Shown here: positions 57,850 through 64,000 of the stretch, one piece after another
Position numbering within the stretch: the stretch's first letter is position 1
Layout of the letters: every line of letters starts with the position of its first letter
NCBI GenBank assembly: GCA_037308085.1
Contig: CP147779.1
Span: 2,304,001 to 2,368,000 of the forward strand
DNA length: 64,000 bases
Direction: 5' to 3'
From: Promethearchaeati archaeon SRVP18_Atabeyarchaeia-1
Lineage (GTDB): Archaea; Asgardarchaeota; Atabeyarchaeia; Atabeyarchaeales; Atabeyarchaeaceae
Program-made: the position numbers and the translations under genes
The notes under the pieces: model-generated
The model's input: only the letters and a program-made list of their open reading frames with translations
Databases searched by the model: none
What the model was told of the DNA's origin: nothing

Positions 57850-58691
57850 ATCGCAAAGCGTTCAGAAGAATCAAGAATCTAATGATGATTTCACTCTGCT
57901 TTCTCGCTCTTATAATCGCACTAATTCCGCTTATCAGCATTCTATGGGAGACCGTTACGAGAGGAGCCCCAGCGCTGAACCTGAACTTCATCTTTCAGGA
58001 GCTACCGCCTCTAGGTCAGGCAGGCGGCGGAATCGGTCCGGCAATTGAGGGAACGCTGGTAATCGTAGGGCTCGCCTCCCTGATCGGCGTACCCATCGGA
58101 GTTGTATCTGGTATATTCCTAGCAGAATTTCCCAACAATAGGCTTGCGTCGGTCGCGAGATTCTTTACTGATGTCCTAACTAACATGCCTTCCATAGTCA
58201 TCGGCATACTTGGATGGGCACTCATAGTAATCGTAATTGGGTGGTCTGTGCTTGCAGGTGCCGTTGCCCTGGCAATAATGATGATTCCAATAGTAACAAG
58301 AACTACGGAAGAAGCAATCAAACTGGTCCCTGCCTCTATGAGGGAAGCAGCAATAGCACTGGGCATCCCGCAATGGAAGGCCTCAACGACCGTCGTCTTG
58401 AGTAGCGCTAAGAAGGGGATAGCAACGGGCGCTCTGCTTGCCGTTGCGAGGATTTCCGGTGAGACTGCTCCACTCCTCTTGACCATTCTGGGAAGTAGAT
58501 TCTGGCTTAGCGGGCTTACTGAACCTGCTACAGCTTTACCGCTAGCAATATACAACTTTTCAGGATCCCCCTACGGGGTTGACTTGGCGAGAGCATGGGG
58601 TGCGTCTCTGATCCTGATACTAATCGTTCTCTCAATCAGCGTCGTCGTGAGATACTTCACAAGAGAAAAATATGGAGGAGCAAACAGATGA
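57846..58691 (+). CDS. pstA: Phosphate ABC transporter permease PstA
   Basis: GGIG.AI.GT, PSIV.G, REAA.ALG...W, AR..GETAPL. Confidence 0.95.
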   Translation: MNRKAFRRIKNLMMISLCFLALIIALIPLISILWETVTRGAPALNLNFIFQELPPLGQAGGGIGPAIEGTLVIVGLASLIGVPIGVVSGIFLAEFPNNRLASVARFFTDVLTNMPSIVIGILGWALIVIVIGWSVLAGAVALAIMMIPIVTRTTEEAIKLVPASMREAAIALGIPQWKASTTVVLSSAKKGIATGALLAVARISGETAPLLLTILGSRFWLSGLTEPATALPLAIYNFSGSPYGVDLARAWGASLILILIVLSISVVVRYFTREKYGGANR

Positions 58692-59446
58692 GTTACAAGG
58701 TTGAAATCCAAGCCTTAAGTGCTTGGTTTGGGGAGCACAAGGTTCTAAAAGACGTGAACATGAGCGTGAGAGCAAACGCCGTCACAGCCATAATAGGTCC
58801 TTCCGGATGTGGGAAAACCACTTTCATAAGGTGCCTAAACAGAATGCATGAGCTTGTCCCAGGAGCGCGGGTCTCCGGAGCAGTTCTTCTGGACGGCGAA
58901 GACATCTATAGCAATGGCACGGACCCTGTCACAATAAGAAGAAGGGTCGGGATGGTTTTCCAGAAGCCAAATCCATTCCCCATGATGTCTGTCTACGACA
59001 ACGTCGCTGCTGGCTTGAAGCTGAACGGAGTGGGTGACAAGAAGAGGCTGGATCGGATAGTTGAGAGAACTCTTAAGCTGGCAAATCTCTGGGATGAGGT
59101 CAAGGATGAATTAGAGAAATCGGGCGCCAGTCTATCCGGTGGACAGCAACAGAGACTGTGCATTGCAAGAGCGCTGGCCGTGGAGCCGGAACTCCTCCTG
59201 ATGGATGAGCCATGTTCAGCTCTTGACCCTTCTGCGACCTCAAGAATAGAGAACCTGATACGCCAGCTCAGAAAGAACTACACTGTAGTCATAGTCACGC
59301 ACAATATGCAGCAAGCTGCCCGAGTGTCTGACTTCACAGGTTTTCTCTATTTGGGAAAACTCGTCGAGTACGGAGATACAAGAATGATCTTCGAGAACCC
59401 CAAGAACAAACTTACAGAGAATTATATCACGGGGAGATTCGGTTAG
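58688..59446 (+). CDS. pstB: Phosphate ABC transporter ATP-binding protein
   Basis: [40 protein letters not shown]; ATG at 58688. Confidence 0.96.
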   Translation: MSYKVEIQALSAWFGEHKVLKDVNMSVRANAVTAIIGPSGCGKTTFIRCLNRMHELVPGARVSGAVLLDGEDIYSNGTDPVTIRRRVGMVFQKPNPFPMMSVYDNVAAGLKLNGVGDKKRLDRIVERTLKLANLWDEVKDELEKSGASLSGGQQQRLCIARALAVEPELLLMDEPCSALDPSATSRIENLIRQLRKNYTVVIVTHNMQQAARVSDFTGFLYLGKLVEYGDTRMIFENPKNKLTENYITGRFG

Positions 59447-59456
59447 GTGAGAAAAT

Positions 59457-60098
59457 ATGAGCAGACTAATCGACGATGGATTGAAACAACTCTCCAATCT
59501 CCTAGGCAAGATGGGTGAGTTGACCGAAAAGACAGTCTCACTTTCATTCGACGTAAGCACAAGAGGAGTAGACTCCGCTGATAGGGTTAGGGTGTACTCT
59601 GAAACGCTAATCTCCTCAAGCGAAGAGATCGAGGAGAAGTCGACCGAAGTTATTGCGAGATATCAACCCGTGGCCTCTGATCTGAGAACCATAAGGGCTT
59701 ACATGAAGATCGCATACGACCTTGCTAGAATCGGCAGATATGCATGGGACATATCATTCATCTACAAGAGATTCAACATTAGCTTCGAAGAGTGTTCACT
59801 TCCCTGGTTACCCTTGACGGAAATGATGAAAGAAGCGCAGAAGATAATTCAAATGAGCGTCGAGGCGATTACAAGAAAGGACTTGAAGCTCGCTAGGAAA
59901 ATAGGCGAAATTGAGAGCGGAATTGATAAGATGTATATCGACTCCCTGAACAAGCTTGTTGATCAAGCACCAATCAAAACCAAATGCGTAGTCGCAAATC
60001 TCCTATTCGTGCGGCATCTTGAGAGAATCGCTGACCACGCGGCTTACATAGGGGAATCAGTAATATATCTCGTTACGGGTGAACGCGCCAACTTGTGA
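59457..60098 (+). CDS. phoU: Phosphate signalling protein PhoU
   Basis: QPVASDLR, L.RIG.YA, LERIADHA. Confidence 0.93.
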   Translation: MSRLIDDGLKQLSNLLGKMGELTEKTVSLSFDVSTRGVDSADRVRVYSETLISSSEEIEEKSTEVIARYQPVASDLRTIRAYMKIAYDLARIGRYAWDISFIYKRFNISFEECSLPWLPLTEMMKEAQKIIQMSVEAITRKDLKLARKIGEIESGIDKMYIDSLNKLVDQAPIKTKCVVANLLFVRHLERIADHAAYIGESVIYLVTGERANL

Positions 60099-60832
60099 CG
60101 GAACCTAGAGCTGGAAAAGCTGCCATCAGAAAGCATGGGGTGTTTCACTTGAAGTATGAAGCCATAATCTTGTGTGGTGGAGAAGGCTGGAGACTGAAGC
60201 CAGATGAATGGACGCCCAAGCCTTTGCTGAAAATCACCGAAACCGAGAGTCTGTTGGACATGCAGGTGCGCTGGCTCGTAGATAATGGATTCGACAACAT
60301 TGTGCTTGCATCAAATCGCTCCTTTCCAGAGTCAGATATGTTCACGAGCCGAAAGGTTCAGATGTGCACAGAGCGGAAAAAGCTGGGGACTGGAGGCGCG
60401 GTAAAGAGGGCAGCCGTTCTCATCGACACCGACAGATTCTATGTGATGAACGTTGATGACGTGGCTTTCTATGACCCGAGAACGCTCTATGACAGGGCTA
60501 CGACTGGCGCTGCAATACTCTTGGCAAAACCTAGGCTGCCCTTCGGGAAGGTAACTCTACAAGGAGACGACATAGTTAAAGGCTTTGAGCACCGCCCTAT
60601 TCTCGACATGTGGGTCAGCGCAGGGCACTACGTCTTCTCCAGCGGAATAGTGGAAAAGTACTTCCCCGCCTATGGAGACTTTGAGCACACGGCAATGCAG
60701 CAGATTGCAGGAGATAATCTTCTGCGGGGCCTCAAGTACCCGGGAGACTGGCTGACCCTAAACACTGCAAAAGACCTGATCGCAATCCAGGAATACATGA
60801 AGAATATGAAGGTCTCAAGGAAGCATGGATGA
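60095..60832 (+). CDS. Sugar-phosphate nucleotidyltransferase family protein
   Basis: ILCGG.G.RL.P...PKPLL, LGTGGA, N.DD. Confidence 0.88.
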   Translation: MTEPRAGKAAIRKHGVFHLKYEAIILCGGEGWRLKPDEWTPKPLLKITETESLLDMQVRWLVDNGFDNIVLASNRSFPESDMFTSRKVQMCTERKKLGTGGAVKRAAVLIDTDRFYVMNVDDVAFYDPRTLYDRATTGAAILLAKPRLPFGKVTLQGDDIVKGFEHRPILDMWVSAGHYVFSSGIVEKYFPAYGDFEHTAMQQIAGDNLLRGLKYPGDWLTLNTAKDLIAIQEYMKNMKVSRKHG

Positions 60833-60838
60833 AAAAAC

Positions 60839-61210
60839 TCAAGTCACGTATGATTCTATGAGTGGCTTTCCGCCCTTTCTTCTCCGCTCCCTCTCGCGTT
60901 CTTCTGAGTCGATATACGCCTTCAGTTCTACCATAATCCCCTCAACGATCTTCTCTAAGCGCTCGTGATTCTTCTCTTTCTCATCCTTGAGTACCTTCCC
61001 CAGATCCTCGCAAGGGTACTCGGCGCCCCCAGCGAGAGCAAAGATCTGCCTGAATCTAAGAAGCAAGTAGTCTTCAATACGCTTTCGCATATGAGGCTCA
61101 AGGTCCTCAATTCTCTCTGCAAAGAAGATGGAGGTGTACTTGTTGATCAGATCACCTATAACAAGAAGAGACTCGTTACTCAAGGCTCCTCTGTCCTCTC
61201 TCTCCCACAC
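60839..61210 (-). CDS. Hypothetical helical protein
   Basis: ORF preceded by a TATA-like ATATATA; no recognised motif. Confidence 0.55.
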   Translation of the reverse strand: MWEREDRGALSNESLLVIGDLINKYTSIFFAERIEDLEPHMRKRIEDYLLLRFRQIFALAGGAEYPCEDLGKVLKDEKEKNHERLEKIVEGIMVELKAYIDSEERERERRRKGGKPLIESYVT

Positions 61211-61278
61211 GGGAATGCTATCAGGAAAAGATCACTCTACTCTAATATTAGCTAGAGTTCAGATATATATCTGCCGAG

Positions 61279-61361
61279 AAGGTTCCGTTAGGCGCACACA
61301 TAAGAACCTTCCATATGAAAACGTGCCAACCGCAAAGGTAACAGTTCCGCCGAGAACAAAG
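61279..61361. repeat. 83-bp element homologous (inverted) to the IS-interrupted site at 42118-42187 plus 42419-42431
   Basis: 66/83 identities ungapped after removing the IS; contains AAGGTTC-N18-GAACCTT. Confidence 0.85.
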
Positions 61362-61517
61362 CCACGCGTAGGGTCCCAGGGGCACGCTTTCTCTCAGCCC
61401 TCCCACCCCGTTGCACAAGTTGAGGCAGACAAGAGAGTTGCCACAGAACCGGAACTGATAAGAATGTGAAAAACCTGGATCATCCGGTTACCGAGTGTTC
61501 CAGGGGATATGTCTACT

Positions 61518-62291
61518 TCAGGTGAGCGTTTTCGTCAATCTCACCTTATCCGAGCCTTCCCTGGCGATTATCCCTTTTTGTTCAAGGGACAGAATCGTCC
61601 TGACTGCCAGCGCCGGTGGAACTTTCGTGGCTTTCTTGAGTTCCTCGATGGAGGCGACGCCGTCTCCTTTGACCAATCCAGCGATTATGGAGATCTCTGC
61701 CGGCTCCTGTGTTGCTTCAGTAAGCAGAAATTCAGCTACTGGTTCCCTCTCGACCAGCTCCTTTATCTTCTTTTGAGCCTCCTCGAATCCCGCTCTTCTT
61801 TCTTGAAATTCCTTCTCGTTGGACGCTCTTGTCTTCTCGATGCCAGTTTCAACTTCATTGATGGCGCTTTCCAGTTTTTCGCTTTCCAGTTTCACGGTTT
61901 CCATCTTGGCCTTGTATTGCTTGAGCGTATCCTCTGTCCTCAACAGCTCCTTTGAGGTGGAACTATTCTCTGAGGTCAGTGAGGATATCTTTCTCTCCAG
62001 CTCCTTTACTTGTTGCTCAGACGAGTTTATGATCGATCTTAGACTCTGCTTCTTCTCCTCAAGTTTGGCAATGCTCTCATCATGTGTAGCTATTCTCCGG
62101 TCAGCCTCCTGTAATTGGACATCAATCTTCTCAGCTGTCTCGAGTATGGTCTTGGACTCCTCAGAGAATGAATAAACGACCGCCTCTATTGATTTAGTCA
62201 GCTCAGCTATCCTTGACTCGTTCTGCTGAATGACCTCTTTCAATCTTTCAGTTTCGGACATTTTAGTGTAGCCTCCGACGTTTATTCTCAT
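61518..62291 (-). CDS. Long coiled coil with C-terminal winged helix
   Basis: About 190 aa of heptad repeats, then EI.II..L......SIEELK......A...I..L.QKGII. Confidence 0.75.
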   Translation of the reverse strand: MRINVGGYTKMSETERLKEVIQQNESRIAELTKSIEAVVYSFSEESKTILETAEKIDVQLQEADRRIATHDESIAKLEEKKQSLRSIINSSEQQVKELERKISSLTSENSSTSKELLRTEDTLKQYKAKMETVKLESEKLESAINEVETGIEKTRASNEKEFQERRAGFEEAQKKIKELVEREPVAEFLLTEATQEPAEISIIAGLVKGDGVASIEELKKATKVPPALAVRTILSLEQKGIIAREGSDKVRLTKTLT

Positions 62292-63055
62292 ATTTCCAAG
62301 GGGCGAAGGACTCTCACCTCGCCTGACGTGGAGTCGTATGAAAGCACCCCTCTTCTGACGAGATTCCTTACTGTGTTCTCAATCTCGACGAGTCTCGATT
62401 GAGTCATTCTCTGAAGATGCTCCATATTCGTTGACGGCTGGCCCTCAAGGATCTCTAAGATCTTTAGTTCTGGCAGAGCTATCACCTTCTCTCTGACAAG
62501 CAGCCGCAGAGCCTTGTGATGAGCCTCCATTGCTGAGAGTTTGGTCAATGCTTCTTCGTGTGACTTTCTTAGTGAGTCTATCTCGAATTGATGCTTCTTT
62601 GCCATCGACTGCAGGTCCTGTCTGAGCTTCTCAACCTGGCGTTTCTTCTCGCCAACAGAATCTTCCAGTCCGACTAGCGCGCTGACATCTTCCGATGCCT
62701 CATTCTTCTTTTCCGCTAGCGTTTGCCTAAGCTCTTCGACTCTTGAAGACATCTGTGCGGCGTTGGAGTTCCTCTCAGAAATAGTGGACTCAAGCTGTGA
62801 GCTTCGCTTCTCGAGTTCAGCGACGTCGCCTTCAAGCTGTGCAATCTTTTTCTGCCCGTCCTCCTCGGTCTTGCCTTTGTCTTTAAGCCTGCCTTCAAGG
62901 CGTTTCACGAAATTTAATGCAGAATCTACTCCCAGCGATATGCCGGACGCCTCCCTGTCCACAAGGGCGGATAGCTCCTTCAGCAAGATCTTCTCCTTGC
63001 TAAGGGAAACTGCTAGGCTTGAACCCTCGGTCAAGATTGATCCACTCCCATTCAA
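62288..63055 (-). CDS. Long coiled coil with C-terminal winged helix (partner of 61518-62291)
   Basis: Same architecture: ELKIL..L.......L.......I...V..L..RGVL.YD; 4-nt overlap with the next gene. Confidence 0.75.
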   Translation of the reverse strand: MNGSGSILTEGSSLAVSLSKEKILLKELSALVDREASGISLGVDSALNFVKRLEGRLKDKGKTEEDGQKKIAQLEGDVAELEKRSSQLESTISERNSNAAQMSSRVEELRQTLAEKKNEASEDVSALVGLEDSVGEKKRQVEKLRQDLQSMAKKHQFEIDSLRKSHEEALTKLSAMEAHHKALRLLVREKVIALPELKILEILEGQPSTNMEHLQRMTQSRLVEIENTVRNLVRRGVLSYDSTSGEVRVLRPLEI

Positions 63056-63067
63056 GAATTAGAAATT

Positions 63068-63088
63068 CATCTGATAAGCTATCAGATG
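63068..63088. promoter_or_regulatory. Perfect inverted repeat CATCTGATA-AGC-TATCAGATG; candidate operator
   Basis: Lies between a minus-strand TTAAATAT box (~63098-63105) and the start at 63055. Confidence 0.5.
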
Positions 63089-63240
63089 GCAAGACTGATA
63101 TTTAAGACGCGAAGCCACGTCGGCGCGCTCGGTGTTTACCATTGCGCTTGTCGCAATCTGAGGAGTCTTCTGCTCCAGCAGAGTCACAAATGTGGTTTCG
63201 GTGTCAAAATAGAAAGAGGATTATTGGCTGACCACCCTGT

Positions 63241-63474
63241 CTAGAAGGGAACCCATTTGCTCATTAAGACACCTATGGCCCACAATACAAATGGCACTGG
63301 GAAGAGAGAGGCGATCGTAGTATTGACTTGCCCTATGGGGCTTTCACCTGCACTGATTATTGCCGCGGCAACGCTCGGGGTCGTGATGGAGATGTAAACG
63401 ACAAGGTAAGTCACCGCATAGTAAACAAGTAGTCCCAGCGTGAGTACGACCACGTGTTTCAACCACACGTTCAT
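63241..63474 (-). CDS. Small two-TM membrane protein
   Basis: GGTGA before the ATG; two hydrophobic helices. Confidence 0.6.
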   Translation of the reverse strand: MNVWLKHVVVLTLGLLVYYAVTYLVVYISITTPSVAAAIISAGESPIGQVNTTIASLFPVPFVLWAIGVLMSKWVPF

Positions 63475-63731
63475 AGCTAGTTTTCACCAACTTTCTTCTT
63501 ACTGCTTAACCTCTTACCCTTGGTATCTCCAATGATATAAGTATGTTACGTATCATCTATTTAACGGCAACGCAAGGCTTGGCATCGGTCCCTAAGTGCT
63601 CGGGTATCCGGATATGTGCCATTACGTCTTGGGACGGATTTGGGAAAGACTTATATTGTTGCGCCCCTATAAATTTCCTGTGAAGCAATCGGTTACATCC
63701 ACTGCAATTAGTGAACGGATGGTAGATTGAG

Positions 63732-64000
63732 ATGGCAACTAAACCGCTGGTCATGACAATAGCAATTGGATTCATCAGCGTCCTACTGTTCATGATGCTC
63801 CTTACCCTGATCCAATACGTGGCCAGCGTAGGGTTTCACAGCATCTTTGAAACTCTTCCAAACGAAACAATTGAAGCGTTCTTCAGCTCGCAGGCCTTCG
63901 CGAACATCATACTCTTTGCAATCGCCTTTACTCTCATGATAGGTGTGCTTGCCCTGCTAACCCACGGAGCAATGATCAAGGCCGCAAAGAAGTTCGTCGC
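63732..64000 (+). CDS. Membrane protein, 3' end outside window
   Basis: Hand translation MATKPLVMTIAIGFISVLLFMM... stays open to the window end. Confidence 0.65.
   Translation, partial: MATKPLVMTIAIGFISVLLFMMLLTLIQYVASVGFHSIFETLPNETIEAFFSSQAFANIILFAIAFTLMIGVLALLTHGAMIKAAKKFV

Noticed and set aside
61287-61293. GTTAGGC as an integron attC core site
   Set aside because: No matching RYYYAAC upstream, no cassette array and no integrase.
61518-63055. SMC or Rad50 annotation for the coiled-coil pair
   Set aside because: No Walker motifs, hinge or zinc hook.
1290-63062. Many antisense and nested ORFs in the track (e.g. 2147-2767, 40724-41371, 48405-49097, 58016-58555)
   Set aside because: They are shadows of well-supported genes on the other strand or frame, with Ser-rich, motif-free translations.

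Overview
Archaeal genomic window, very probably from an Asgard archaeon. The inference rests on eukaryotic-signature proteins read from the translations: uDENN/longin proteins, RagA-like small GTPases, an ESCRT-II Vps22/36-like gene and a RING protein. Housekeeping content includes split methylmalonyl-CoA mutase, dUTPase, a DapA-family enzyme, TatD, ThiI, NikR and a complete pstSCAB-phoU locus. The main candidate for an undescribed system is a ~23 kb signalling island (12.0-34.7 kb). It interleaves a bacterial-type stressosome operon (RsbR, RsbS, RsbT, GAF-STAS, RsbX-RsbT fusion, no sigmaB output) with five KaiC-like proteins plus a KaiC remnant, three tandem V4R (Bet3-fold) paralogs, five longin/uDENN-like proteins, two Rag-like GTPases and a KaiB-like thioredoxin. 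Other notable items are a receptor-like membrane RING protein, a thioester alpha-2-macroglobulin without a signal peptide, and an SCP2-fused glycyl radical enzyme. A splicease-like radical SAM/SPASM operon has two membrane-anchored candidate substrates. A 231-bp non-autonomous IS200/IS605 element is also present, and its empty-site homolog lies 19 kb away in the same window. All family calls come from motif recognition by eye; no database searches were run. No tRNA, rRNA or CRISPR array was seen.
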